Source of the DNA: Candidatus Chisholmbacteria bacterium | Lineage (GTDB): Bacteria; Patescibacteriota; Microgenomatia; UBA1400; Chisholmbacteraceae | Assembly (NCBI GenBank): GCA_963704905.1 | Contig: CAVPHZ010000001.1 | Location: 387,438-451,437, forward strand | Direction of reading: 5' to 3' | DNA: 64,000 bases | Shown: piece by piece, positions 8,246 through 18,189 of the stretch | Layout: each line of letters starts with the position of its first letter | How positions within the stretch are numbered: the first letter of the stretch is position 1 | The notes under the pieces: model-generated | Databases searched by the model: none | Seen by the model: the letters and a program-made list of their open reading frames with translations, nothing else | Told to the model about the DNA's origin: nothing | Made by a program: the position numbers and the translations under genes

Positions 8246-9814
8246 ATGTTGAATACCCTATTCTCTCGTCGATTTGGAAGAAAAAGCTTTTTTCTGCTTT
8301 GGTTTGCGATGCTGTCTTTGATTGGTATTGTTTTATGGTTTCGAGGAATGCTGTTTTTAGACCCTGACTTTGGGTGGCATTTGCGTTTCGGTCAAATTGT
8401 TCTCCATAAAGGCATTCCTTTTCTGGATCAGTTTTCTTATACAATGCCAAGCTTTTCTCACATTAATCATGAATGGTTTGCGGATGTTTTTCTGGCTTTC
8501 TTCTACCCACTTTTAGGAAATATAGGCTTTTCAATGCTTGATTCACTTTTTGTTCTTTTTGTCTTAGTTTTGAGTACGGGAGTGTTTTCTGATTGGCGTC
8601 GTCTGTCTCAATATCGATACTCCGCGCGATTAGTGGTTCTAGGGATCCCGTTTCTTCTGGCTGTATCTTCGCTTCTTTACTATTCTCGAGTACGGTATCA
8701 GTCAATCACTTGGTTTTTTTCAATCATATTATTTCATCTGCTTTTTCGTCCTTCGATGTGGAAGAGGTGGCGTTTATTGGTTCCTCTTTTGTTTCTTGTC
8801 TGGGCTAATTTACATGGTGGATTTAGTTTAGGTATTTTTCTTCTTGTGTTTTCCATTGTCGTACGGATTATTCGTGAGAGACGCTTTCATATTGTTGATT
8901 TGCTGGTCGTCGGGTTATCAATTTTATTGACTACTGTGAACCCTTATGGCATTCGTCTTTGGGGAGAAATTTGGTCTTCTTTATCAGATCCAATGCTCCG
9001 TTCGTCCATTCAGGAATGGATGCCGGTTGTGTATTTTATCAATTACCCTTTACCCATACTGATAGCGCTCTCATTTGTACTGATAATTAAATACCATAGA
9101 CAATTTGCATTTGAAGAGATTGCTTTCTATTTTCTTCTCCTGTTTGCTGGTCTACTCAGTCAAAGACATATTCCCTTATGGATTTTTATTTCTCTATCCT
9201 TAACAACCCGTTCGATGAGATATCTTTATGAGGAAGTTTTAACTGATAACGCTCAGGAGAAGCGTTTTCTGTACGTTATGAAGGTTACGTATGTGTTCAG
9301 TGTGTGGATTATCCTTTTGCAGTCATTTGTAGTTCTGAAGGCGACTCGGCAACTCAACGAGGAGAGCTTTTATCCTAAGCAAGCAGTTGTTTTTTTACGA
9401 GAACATGTTCCGGATGGGGAAATATTTTCAAAGTATGGCTGGGGAGGGTATCTGATTTGGAAACTACCAGAGAAAAAGGTGTTTGTTGATGGACGGATGC
9501 CGAGTTGGAGACGGGAGTATTCTCCCCAACATGAGAGCTTATCGGCGTTTGACGAATTTATGGAAATTATGAATGGTGATACTGATTATAGAGATGTGTT
9601 TTTAGCTTATAAGATTAATACTGTGTTGTGGTCTGTTTCTACGGATCCTCAACATCTAACATTTCTGCAAAAACTTGATATTCAATTGCATGCACTTGAG
9701 CAACATATCCGCAATCAACGATTTCCTCCAAGCTTAGAGAACCGACTCGAACAGGATGGATGGATAGAGGTTTATCGAGATTCCACATCCGTTGTTTACC
9801 AGAGACCTGACTAG
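8246..9814 (+). CDS. Polytopic membrane protein, possible GT-C-fold glycosyltransferase-like (uncharacterised)
   Basis: 522 aa with >10 predicted TM helices. First loop carries DPDFGWHLRFGQ. A later loop carries WANLHGGF. No soluble domain. Confidence 0.35.
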   Translation: MLNTLFSRRFGRKSFFLLWFAMLSLIGIVLWFRGMLFLDPDFGWHLRFGQIVLHKGIPFLDQFSYTMPSFSHINHEWFADVFLAFFYPLLGNIGFSMLDSLFVLFVLVLSTGVFSDWRRLSQYRYSARLVVLGIPFLLAVSSLLYYSRVRYQSITWFFSIILFHLLFRPSMWKRWRLLVPLLFLVWANLHGGFSLGIFLLVFSIVVRIIRERRFHIVDLLVVGLSILLTTVNPYGIRLWGEIWSSLSDPMLRSSIQEWMPVVYFINYPLPILIALSFVLIIKYHRQFAFEEIAFYFLLLFAGLLSQRHIPLWIFISLSLTTRSMRYLYEEVLTDNAQEKRFLYVMKVTYVFSVWIILLQSFVVLKATRQLNEESFYPKQAVVFLREHVPDGEIFSKYGWGGYLIWKLPEKKVFVDGRMPSWRREYSPQHESLSAFDEFMEIMNGDTDYRDVFLAYKINTVLWSVSTDPQHLTFLQKLDIQLHALEQHIRNQRFPPSLENRLEQDGWIEVYRDSTSVVYQRPD

Positions 9815-9901
9815 CATGTCGTAGGGGAGTGGTTCGAATACCTGGTTTGATGTTACAAGAAGTGAATTATCGGTTTTTCTTCGTTGGTTGTCCTCTAGTT
9901 A

Positions 9902-9910
9902 TGCTACAAT
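9902..9910 (+). promoter_or_regulatory. Extended -10 element TGCTACAAT directly upstream of dnaG (leaderless-type spacing)
   Basis: Motif ends 9 nt before the dnaG ATG at 9920. Confidence 0.5.
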
Positions 9911-9919
9911 TTTGTCCAC

Positions 9920-11704
9920 ATGAGCACTCAAGTAGAAGAGATTAAGCAGAAGGCTAATATCGTTTCTGTCGTACAAGAGCGAGTGAAGCTGGCTCGATCA
10001 GGGAGAAACTTTAAGGCGGTTTGTCCATTTCATAACGAGCGAACCCCTTCGTTTATGGTTTCTCCTGAACTTCAGATCTATAAATGTTTTGGATGTGGAA
10101 AAGCTGGTGATGTTTTTGATTTCTTACGTGAGTATGAGGGCATGGAGTTTCCCGAGGCATTGCAGCATCTTGCGGGTCGAGTTGGTGTAACTCTTCAGCC
10201 GTTTACAAAAGATCGTACTTATCAACGGAAAGAGAAGCTTCGAGAAATAATGCATATTGCAAGTGAGTATTACTCTTATGTCTTGACTGAACATGTGGTT
10301 GGAAAAAAAGCTTTACGATATCTGACTCAGAGAGGAATTCGTCAACAGTCTATTGTGCATTTTAAACTTGGGTATGCAGCTGATAGTTGGGATGCCGCAT
10401 ATCGATATCTTCGGTCGAAGAAAGGATATTCCATCGAAGATTTGTCTTCGGTGGGTTTAGTATTGAGCCGAGGTCGTCGAGTGTATGATCGGTTTCGGAA
10501 TCGAATCATTTTTCCACTTCGAGATGTACGTGGTCATGTAATTGGGTTTGCAGGGAGAGTGTTACCTGGGAATGATGGGGAACGGGCGAAATACATCAAC
10601 TCTCCTGAAACGGAGTTGTATTCTAAAAGCCATCATCTTTATGGATTGCACGAGGACCGCCAGGCGATTAAAAAACGTGATCAAATTGTTTTAGTTGAGG
10701 GAGAACTTGATGTCATATCGTCTTGGCAAGTTGGAGTTAAGCAAGTTGTTGCTGTTAAAGGTACGGCATTGACCCGAGAACAAGTTGAGCTTGTTCGTCG
10801 GTATACGCGAAATGCAGTATTTGCATTGGATGCTGATACGGCCGGCGATGCTGCTACGAAGCGGAGCATCGCGCTTGCAGATGCAGCTGGCTTGAATGTA
10901 CGTATTTGTTCTCTTTCAGGAGGAAAAGATCCCGATGAAATTGCGCGTGCAGATCCGAAAGCATGGAGGAGGATTGTTGATAAGGCAACCAGTGTTTATG
11001 ATTTTTATCTTACAAGTGCGAGAAAACGATTCGATGTTTCATCTGGAATAGGTAAAAAGCAAGCAAGCGAGGAGGTTATCCCTATTTTGGCTGGAATTAC
11101 TAATACCATTGAGCAATCCCACTACATCCGAAAATTTGCAAAGATGTTGGATGTGAGTGATGCAACGGTTACGGATGAGATTCAACGATACCAGCGAACT
11201 TCAGGTATTGATCAGAGTGTCCGACAAGAGACTCAGGCGATCGATGAGCAGGAGGAGCGGTCACGTTTCGAGATATTAGATGAGTATTTGCTTTCACTTC
11301 TTCTTCAAGGTGGAAATACCGTTTTCTCATTGATAGCCCCTGATGTTTTGGATTTTATCCAGACAGCGGCAGTGAAGCGGATTGTGCAGACGATTCTGAA
11401 AGATACCTCAAAGACATTTGATGCTGGGGTATTTCTGTCTTCGTTACCTAAAGAGCTTCAAGCAATTTCTCAGCAAGCCTATCTTCGGGATTTGGACCTT
11501 TCTTCTGAAGGAGGAAGCATTGAGCGAGAAGTAAAGTATGTAATTGCTGAGCTTAAAGATATTACTTTGCGTTCGAGGATGCTTGCTCTTTCTGAGCAGA
11601 TAAAATCATTTGAGGATAAATCTAAACGAACTAAAGTTGAGAGGAAAAAGTTGGCTACACTGCGGCGTGATTTTGATGAAGTCTCAAGACTTCTCACGGA
11701 GTGA
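9920..11704 (+). CDS. dnaG: DNA primase DnaG
   Basis: CHC2 zinc finger CPFHNERTPSFMVSPELQIYKCFGCGKAGDVFDF, Toprim region VLVEGELDVIS...ALDADTAGDAAT, and the conserved dnaG-rpoD arrangement. Confidence 0.9.
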   Translation: MSTQVEEIKQKANIVSVVQERVKLARSGRNFKAVCPFHNERTPSFMVSPELQIYKCFGCGKAGDVFDFLREYEGMEFPEALQHLAGRVGVTLQPFTKDRTYQRKEKLREIMHIASEYYSYVLTEHVVGKKALRYLTQRGIRQQSIVHFKLGYAADSWDAAYRYLRSKKGYSIEDLSSVGLVLSRGRRVYDRFRNRIIFPLRDVRGHVIGFAGRVLPGNDGERAKYINSPETELYSKSHHLYGLHEDRQAIKKRDQIVLVEGELDVISSWQVGVKQVVAVKGTALTREQVELVRRYTRNAVFALDADTAGDAATKRSIALADAAGLNVRICSLSGGKDPDEIARADPKAWRRIVDKATSVYDFYLTSARKRFDVSSGIGKKQASEEVIPILAGITNTIEQSHYIRKFAKMLDVSDATVTDEIQRYQRTSGIDQSVRQETQAIDEQEERSRFEILDEYLLSLLLQGGNTVFSLIAPDVLDFIQTAAVKRIVQTILKDTSKTFDAGVFLSSLPKELQAISQQAYLRDLDLSSEGGSIEREVKYVIAELKDITLRSRMLALSEQIKSFEDKSKRTKVERKKLATLRRDFDEVSRLLTE

Positions 11705-11744
11705 TTGTTCCTCTACTTTTCTCGTTTCAGAATACCTCAAGTTC

Positions 11745-11753
11745 TGGTACAAT
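11745..11753 (+). promoter_or_regulatory. Extended -10 element TGGTACAAT upstream of rpoD
   Basis: Motif lies in the 119-nt dnaG-rpoD intergenic region. Confidence 0.45.
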
Positions 11754-11823
11754 AGCAGCCAGCTGATTTTCGAGTGAATCTATTCAATCTCAGTTAACTT
11801 AGAAATACTCACCATTCAGTATT

Positions 11824-12954
11824 ATGGCAAAAAAAACTTCTGTTGCTACTAAAAAAGAAAAACCAAAGAAGGATGTTCGTAAGAAGGAAATTGACACTCT
11901 TATTGCAAAGGGGAAAGATCAAGGTTTTGTCACTCAAGAGGAAATTCTTGAGCTTTTTCCAGATGCAGAGAAACGAATCGAAGAGCTTGATGATCTTTAT
12001 GATCAGCTTCTACGGCTCGGAGTTGATGTTTTTGAGAGCGTCACTGAAGAGGAGATGCATGAGGATGAGCAAACAACAACAGAACTTGAAAAAGAGCTGG
12101 AGGTACTTTCCACTTTGGAAGATAAGACTATTACCGATCCAGTTCGCATGTATCTTAAAGAGATCGGGCGTATTCCACTTCTTACTCGTGAGCAGGAGAT
12201 TGAGCTGGCGCAGAAGGTTGAGGCTGGAGATCTGCTAGCGAAAGCAAAGCTCACTCAGTCGAATTTACGGTTGGTTGTATCGATTGCAAAACGATATATC
12301 GGCAGGGGAATGAGTTTTTTGGATCTTATCCAAGAAGGGAATAAAGGACTCATCCGAGCAGTTGAGAAGTATGACTGGAAAAAGGGCTATAAATTCTCAA
12401 CGTATGCAACCTGGTGGATCCGACAAGCTATTACCCGAGCGATTGCTGATCAAGCTCGGACGATTCGAATTCCAGTTCATATGGTTGAGACGATTAATAA
12501 ACTTATCCGGATTCAACGCAGGCTTATGCAAGACTTGGGACGAGAGCCATCTCCTGAAGAGATTGGTGAAGTGATGGAATTGCCGGCTGAAAAGATTCGA
12601 GAGATATTAAAGATATCACAAAAGACCACAAGCCTGGAGACTCCAATTGGTGATGATGAAGATAGCTATCTTGGAGATTTTATAGAAGATACCACTCAAG
12701 TGAGTCCATATGATGCGACGAGTAAACAGTTTTTGAAAGATAACATTGAAGAGGTGCTTACCGCACTATCTCCTCGAGAAGCTCAGGTTTTACGGATGCG
12801 GTTTGGGTTGAGCGGTGAACGAGCAATGACGCTTGAGGAGGTTGGGTCTCGTTTTGGTGTGACGCGTGAGCGGATTCGTCAAATAGAAGCGAAAGCCTTG
12901 AGGAAATTAAAACACCCCAGTCGACGTAAGAAACTTCAAGATTATCTAGACTAA
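11824..12954 (+). CDS. rpoD: RNA polymerase sigma-70 factor RpoD
   Basis: Region 2 [54 protein letters not shown], region 4 [15 protein letters not shown]...[25 protein letters not shown]. Confidence 0.92.
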   Translation: MAKKTSVATKKEKPKKDVRKKEIDTLIAKGKDQGFVTQEEILELFPDAEKRIEELDDLYDQLLRLGVDVFESVTEEEMHEDEQTTTELEKELEVLSTLEDKTITDPVRMYLKEIGRIPLLTREQEIELAQKVEAGDLLAKAKLTQSNLRLVVSIAKRYIGRGMSFLDLIQEGNKGLIRAVEKYDWKKGYKFSTYATWWIRQAITRAIADQARTIRIPVHMVETINKLIRIQRRLMQDLGREPSPEEIGEVMELPAEKIREILKISQKTTSLETPIGDDEDSYLGDFIEDTTQVSPYDATSKQFLKDNIEEVLTALSPREAQVLRMRFGLSGERAMTLEEVGSRFGVTRERIRQIEAKALRKLKHPSRRKKLQDYLD

Positions 12955-12957
12955 TTT

Positions 12958-14142
12958 TCAGAGTCCAACAAGTTTTGGATAGATTGCTAGAAAAACAATG
13001 AATGATGCTGTTAATATGGCGATTGCAGCTGTTTTTATGATGGTTTTTCTTCTGTGCACAGCATGCGCTATCCAATATCCGCTGATCAGATGAAGGAAAG
13101 GTAGTGATGGAAGGTAGTAATAAAGGTAGGTTGAGCGGTGCGGGAGTATTGGTAAACTTCGAACAATCCAGGGAACTAGGAAGAGTAGATATCCTAAGCT
13201 AAATATGTTTAGAAATTTTCTTGTTGATGCCTGAATTTGTGTTATTGAATGACTTTTCGTTATGAGTGTAATTGATAGTGCTACTAAACCAATCCAGAAG
13301 ATCATGATGTTTGGTGTGAGCCAAATCTGTTTGCTTTGAGAGCTGAAGTACAGCGCAGGATTTGTTCCTAGTAGCCATTGCCACCACGGGCTGTGAAGGG
13401 GGTGAATCTGAGTGTTTGAAGTGATTGCATGAACCACCATTTTAATTTGGAGGTTAATAAAGTTTAAGACGTTAGGGATTACCTGAAATAGTGAATAGTA
13501 GCTTACTAGATACACTAGTGATGTCAGAAGTACCATAGTAAACACTTTTCTTTTTCTCTGTTTTTTTGACGATTGAGTAAAAAGAAGCATAATTAACGGT
13601 AGAGCAACCAGTACAGTCCATTTCGTCGAAAGTGCGAGACCGAAACAACACGCAGCCATGTACCAGCGTTTCCTCATGCTGGCATACATGATTACGAGTA
13701 TGAAGAACACTAGGATTGAGTCCGACATTGCGATTCTTGATTGAGCAAGACTTATCCCATCGAATGCCAATAGCGATGCAGCTATGAGTCCTGAAGTTTT
13801 AGAGAATGCTTTTTTTCCTATCAGATAGACAACAAATATTGATAATGTACCAGCGAGTATTGATGGTATTCTCCAGACCCAGGATTGGTTCCCTAAGAGT
13901 TTGATTGAAGCTGCAATTAGTAAAGGAGATAACGGAGGATGGTGCCACTGATATCCTTTTGGAGGATCAACCGGTTCTATGGTTGGCTTCCATATATTCG
14001 GATTGTTGTTTAGCAGTGCTTCTGCAGTGAATGCATCGTAATTTTCATCAAAGTAAAATTTTGGAGGGTAGTTTAAGTGAATAAGGCGAAGTACAAATGA
14101 GATTGTGATGAGAAGAATTAATAGGATGTGGTGTTTATTCAT
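12958..14142 (-). CDS. GT-C glycosyltransferase, family 39 (PMT-type dolichyl-phosphate-mannose protein mannosyltransferase-like)
   Basis: First-loop DE motif (YFDENYDAFTAEAL), multiple TM helices, and overall PMT/GT39 architecture. Confidence 0.65.
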   Translation of the reverse strand: MNKHHILLILLITISFVLRLIHLNYPPKFYFDENYDAFTAEALLNNNPNIWKPTIEPVDPPKGYQWHHPPLSPLLIAASIKLLGNQSWVWRIPSILAGTLSIFVVYLIGKKAFSKTSGLIAASLLAFDGISLAQSRIAMSDSILVFFILVIMYASMRKRWYMAACCFGLALSTKWTVLVALPLIMLLFTQSSKKQRKRKVFTMVLLTSLVYLVSYYSLFQVIPNVLNFINLQIKMVVHAITSNTQIHPLHSPWWQWLLGTNPALYFSSQSKQIWLTPNIMIFWIGLVALSITLITKSHSITQIQASTRKFLNIFSLGYLLFLVPWIVRSLPILPHRSTYLYYYLPSLPFLHLISGYWIAHAVHRRKTIIKTAAIAILTASFIVFLAIYPKLVGL

Positions 14143-15517
14143 TTTTTGGTTTGATGTTTACTATTTTTTTATCTTCAAGTTCTAGAAATACTTCATGAGT
14201 GCAGCAACCTTCAAGGTTGTCTTTTGCTTGTTCATATTGTTTGTTGTTGTCGATATAGAGGTATGTTTGTTCTTTGATCTCTTTTAACTCTTCTTGTTTT
14301 AATACTTTTCCTTCTCTTGGATTGAACAGTGTGGTGTTAGGAACGAATTGATATTCCAGATTATTGAGTGGTGTATCTCTAGTTGTGCTTTCAAGGAAGT
14401 TGTTCAGCATCGTAATTACCGTCGCTTCTTTTGAGATTCCGCTGAACACCCCAACAGGAATGGCGAGTAGAAATGACAAGCCGAAGATATAGCTGATATC
14501 TATTGCCTGAGGTTTGAGCCGTGACTTCAGAATGTCTATTAGTTGCACCAGACCTCCTGCGGAGAGTATTGCTATTGGAGGGAGCGCTTGGATTGCATAC
14601 CATTCATGGCGGGTCGCTGAGATTGATAGAGGTATGAGTGTAACTGCAATCCAGATTAAGAATAAACTTTCAGGTTTCTCCACCTTCTTTTTAAAAAGTA
14701 ATGGTAGTGCTGCCAAGAATGACAAAGGATTAAATCTTAAAAATATATTTATGAGAAAATTTCCTAACGTGACTGGTTGATGACCTGGTGTTTGTTCGAA
14801 TAAATGTTTAGTGATATTGAATGAGAGGTGGTTTTGTAGATATTCACTTGGGTGCCTCAAGAGCATGAGTGCGTTCCAGGGAACTGCCATGATTGCAGCG
14901 ATCATTAGCGATGTAATCAGTATTCTTTTTTTTATTCTTTCTTTTTTGTTCATACACTGGTCGATAGTGATAATCATTATCGGAGTTAGGCTGAGGAAAG
15001 AACGGGTGAGTATTCCGAGTCCAAGAAATACACCTGATAAATGAAGCCAGTTTCGTTCATGCTTACCACGTTCATAGGCATAGAGGGTGGCGGTGATAAA
15101 AAAAGCTGTAGGAATATCGAGGCTTGCGGTTTTTGTAAAATATAAGAATAGTGGTGTGATTGTGAGGAGGATGACTGTCCAAAGGGCGTTTCTTTTTTTG
15201 TAGAATAAACGCGATAGCTTGTAGGTAATTATAATTGTACCTATGGCGGTTATGAGTGTTCCAACTCGGCGCGTGAATGGAGAGATTCCGGTTATTTTGA
15301 ATATGGTAGTGGTAAACCAGAAGTAGAGTGGAGGTTTTTCAAGCCAAACTTTTTCTCCTAAATGAGGAGTCAGAAGATCACCAGTTTTGAGCATCTGATA
15401 GGATGCTTCTTCAAATAGCAGTTCGTCTGTGAAAATAATTTTATTTTGCCAAGACAGGGCGAAAATAATCAGCGACGCTACTACAAAGGTAAGAATGGTG
15501 AGGTATTTTCCTTTCAT
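14135..15517 (-). CDS. GT-C glycosyltransferase, ArnT/PMT-like (family 39/83)
   Basis: FTDELLFEEASYQMLKTGD...EKPPLYFW is a typical ArnT/PMT first periplasmic loop. ~11 TM helices. Overlaps the neighbouring GT genes by a few nt, suggesting an operon. Confidence 0.65.
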   Translation of the reverse strand: MKGKYLTILTFVVASLIIFALSWQNKIIFTDELLFEEASYQMLKTGDLLTPHLGEKVWLEKPPLYFWFTTTIFKITGISPFTRRVGTLITAIGTIIITYKLSRLFYKKRNALWTVILLTITPLFLYFTKTASLDIPTAFFITATLYAYERGKHERNWLHLSGVFLGLGILTRSFLSLTPIMIITIDQCMNKKERIKKRILITSLMIAAIMAVPWNALMLLRHPSEYLQNHLSFNITKHLFEQTPGHQPVTLGNFLINIFLRFNPLSFLAALPLLFKKKVEKPESLFLIWIAVTLIPLSISATRHEWYAIQALPPIAILSAGGLVQLIDILKSRLKPQAIDISYIFGLSFLLAIPVGVFSGISKEATVITMLNNFLESTTRDTPLNNLEYQFVPNTTLFNPREGKVLKQEELKEIKEQTYLYIDNNKQYEQAKDNLEGCCTHEVFLELEDKKIVNIKPKNE

Positions 15518-17643
15518 TCCTTCTTTTTACTTTCAGCTAGTAATTGATCAAGCGGGATGACTAATAACCCTATAATGGTTGTGATACTTATGAGCAATCC
15601 AAGATAAAAAGTTCTGGGGACATACTCCATTTTGATCATATGTGATCCTGAGGGAATGATGATAGCCCGTTGATTGATATTGGCAGGGAATATCTCGGTT
15701 TTTATTCCGTCTATGGTTGCACGCCATCCTGGGTAGAATGAATCGGCGACGATGAGTAGCGTTTTCTGATTCGTTGATGTGTGAATGAGGAGTCGTTGGT
15801 CAAGGTCTTCTCGAATTTCTATCTGTTTCTCTGTTAGCCCTTTGGGTATTTCACCAATATCTTTTTCCAACACAGCTGTTGTGTTGAATGAAAATTCTGG
15901 TTGATTGATGATATTTATAAACTCCTCCGTTGTTTTTGCTACTTTATACTCTTGAGCAAAGCGCACCCGATCTAGGTTTTCTAGGTTCTCATAGATATAG
16001 TAGGTCGGTGCACTTGGGATATTGGGTTCAATTGTCGATTTTAGAGAGTACTGATTGCTAAACGAGAGCGGAGTTAATCTGATAATATAGCGGGCTGCGC
16101 TCGCATTGAGTAGTTTTGTGTTGCGTAAATCGGCATACAACGATTGTCTGAGCGGTGCCATTGCAGAATACACATTTATTTGTGAGACGTTGAAGATAAG
16201 ATTGAGATTCTCGTACAGTCCATTTTTAAAGTTTAAAAACGGTTGGATGTTGCTCCAGCCAGATTTTCTGAACTCCTTGTTCCAGCGTGCTATCAACTCT
16301 GGATCAAGGTAGATTCTACTCTCTTTTACCACCTGTACGGTTTTTGGTGGAGTAAGTGCAGTTGCTACAGGAACCGTGGGCTGGAAGTTGTACCCAAATG
16401 TTCCCAGATCTAGAATTGAAATGACGATGATCAGAGAGAGTAGAGAGAGCGATATGATTGTGTTTTTTGATTTTTTTTCTATCCTTTTTTCAAACTCGTT
16501 CAGGCTAATTCCAGCTAAGGCAGTTATGGAAAACGTCGTTAGCAGGAGAAAACGAGAAGGAACCCGGAAACTATTGAATATTGGGGTTAGAAACAGTGGG
16601 AACAGTGGACTATTTTTCCCGAGAACTAGGGTAAGTGAGGCGAGCATCACTACCATCATCGACTTTTCAAGAGGCTTTTTTTTCATTTTTACAAAGATGG
16701 GGACGATCAGTAGGATTGGTATGATTCCAACATAGGCTGTATTCTCCCAGTAGATACCCCAGTTTTCGTTATACGGGGGATACGACCCGTCGGCAGGGGT
16801 TCCAAAATAATTGGGAGCAATGAATGTGATCAGGTTGTGTACCGGATAAGGAAATCTTGTCACTTCTCCAAGTGTAAATCCGAATTGTCTATTTGATATT
16901 GTTGTTAGTTGGAGAGTCGGAATCAACTGAGGAGCAGCTACTAGACCGGCAGTTGTGATGGCTAGTAATAGAATGACTGCTTTAGTAAGTGGAGCTTCTT
17001 TTGAATGAAACCAGCTTGTTGCTCCTGCATATAAACCTATACCGATTAACGTTATGAATGTAGATTGAGGGAAGCCAGCGAAGAGCTGCTGCGAGAGAAT
17101 TAATATGAACATGATGAATGTTTTTCGCGTTGGCTTTTGCCATAACAGTTCAGCACTCAGGAATATCCAAGGCATGAGAGCGGCAGATTGGATAAGGTTC
17201 GTATGGTGTATATGACTTATAAAAAAGCCGCTGAAGCTGAAGGCGAATCCGGCTAACAAACTTGATAATCGACCCAGCTGGTTGCGGATTAGCAGAGCAT
17301 ACATACCCAGGAAACTAATCATAAACGAGAGCGCATAGCTTAGATTGAATGCAAGCCAGGTAGGAAGGAATCCAAAAAGTAAAAGGTTTGGAAGGTAAAA
17401 GGTGCCAATTTGACTTTCTGCAAAGACCGGGAAACCCGTTCCAATATTTTTACTCCAGAATGGCAGGTGTCCGTTTTTTATGGATGTTGACAGGAAGTCT
17501 TTCAGCGGATAATTGAAACTCCATATGTCAGATCTTCCAAATCCGGGTGTGTAATAGACCTGAGGTATAGGATAGAACAGTTTTAAAAAAAATCCAACGA
17601 TAATGAGAGTGATGACAAGTGTTGGAATGATGTGCTGTTTCAT
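15514..17643 (-). CDS. YfhO-like large polytopic membrane protein (GT-C-like)
   Basis: 709 aa with many TM helices across the N-terminal two thirds and a C-terminal extracytoplasmic domain. Stop/start ATGA overlap with the downstream GT gene. Confidence 0.45.
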   Translation of the reverse strand: MKQHIIPTLVITLIIVGFFLKLFYPIPQVYYTPGFGRSDIWSFNYPLKDFLSTSIKNGHLPFWSKNIGTGFPVFAESQIGTFYLPNLLLFGFLPTWLAFNLSYALSFMISFLGMYALLIRNQLGRLSSLLAGFAFSFSGFFISHIHHTNLIQSAALMPWIFLSAELLWQKPTRKTFIMFILILSQQLFAGFPQSTFITLIGIGLYAGATSWFHSKEAPLTKAVILLLAITTAGLVAAPQLIPTLQLTTISNRQFGFTLGEVTRFPYPVHNLITFIAPNYFGTPADGSYPPYNENWGIYWENTAYVGIIPILLIVPIFVKMKKKPLEKSMMVVMLASLTLVLGKNSPLFPLFLTPIFNSFRVPSRFLLLTTFSITALAGISLNEFEKRIEKKSKNTIISLSLLSLIIVISILDLGTFGYNFQPTVPVATALTPPKTVQVVKESRIYLDPELIARWNKEFRKSGWSNIQPFLNFKNGLYENLNLIFNVSQINVYSAMAPLRQSLYADLRNTKLLNASAARYIIRLTPLSFSNQYSLKSTIEPNIPSAPTYYIYENLENLDRVRFAQEYKVAKTTEEFINIINQPEFSFNTTAVLEKDIGEIPKGLTEKQIEIREDLDQRLLIHTSTNQKTLLIVADSFYPGWRATIDGIKTEIFPANINQRAIIIPSGSHMIKMEYVPRTFYLGLLISITTIIGLLVIPLDQLLAESKKKE

Positions 17644-17822
17644 GCTATCTGGACCAGTTGTTCATGATTTTCCTGAGGATTGCGAATTCGCCGATGTGAT
17701 ATGCATTGTGGTCTGTAACTAGAAGGATTTGCCTAAAGATCGTTGTGTGTCTTGTATGAGGAGTGATGTTGGTTGGGTTGGTTTTGGGATTTTTAATGAG
17801 TTTCTCCAATTCTTGGCGATCT

Positions 17823-18134
17823 TTACGAAATATATCTATAGTCTTTTTCCAGTGTTCTTGGGAGGTTTTTTTTGAGTGGCCAATACTCCTGTGGCCATTT
17901 TAGGTATTTATAGTTAGGATTTTTGATGTAATCAAGGATATCCCCCTGTGTGATGCGAAGGTGTTCGAGAAGACGCCAGGGTGTGTAGGGGATATTTGGA
18001 GGTTTGAGGTTTATGTCTTCGGTGGGGAAATATTTTACCGCTTCTTCGAATGTCATGTGTGCACCTTTTCCTTGGAGGAGTCGAAGGAGTTGTCTTCTCT
18101 GTGATGTTTTACTTAGGCTGTCGATTTTTGCCAT
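17823..18134 (-). CDS. Hypothetical protein (possibly DinB-like)
   Basis: 103 aa soluble ORF with no diagnostic motif. Sits in the same-strand run with the GT cluster. Confidence 0.3.
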   Translation of the reverse strand: MAKIDSLSKTSQRRQLLRLLQGKGAHMTFEEAVKYFPTEDINLKPPNIPYTPWRLLEHLRITQGDILDYIKNPNYKYLKWPQEYWPLKKNLPRTLEKDYRYIS

Positions 18135-18189
18135 TTGAGCGTTACTTCTGGTTTATTTTACAGCTTGATCTTTAATGTGGGAAGCGAAT

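Noticed and set aside
8118-8450. 110-aa minus-strand ORF from the six-frame track
   Set aside because: It completely overlaps the well-folded tRNA-Ser(GGA) gene at 8100-8184 and the start of the plus-strand membrane protein. It translates the tRNA T-arm (GGGIRTHV) and is spurious.
12997-13095. Small plus-strand ORF (MNDAVNMAIAAVFMMVFLLCTACAIQYPLIR) after rpoD
   Set aside because: It lies entirely inside the 3' end of the convincing minus-strand GT39 gene (12958-14142), so it is most likely an antisense artefact.
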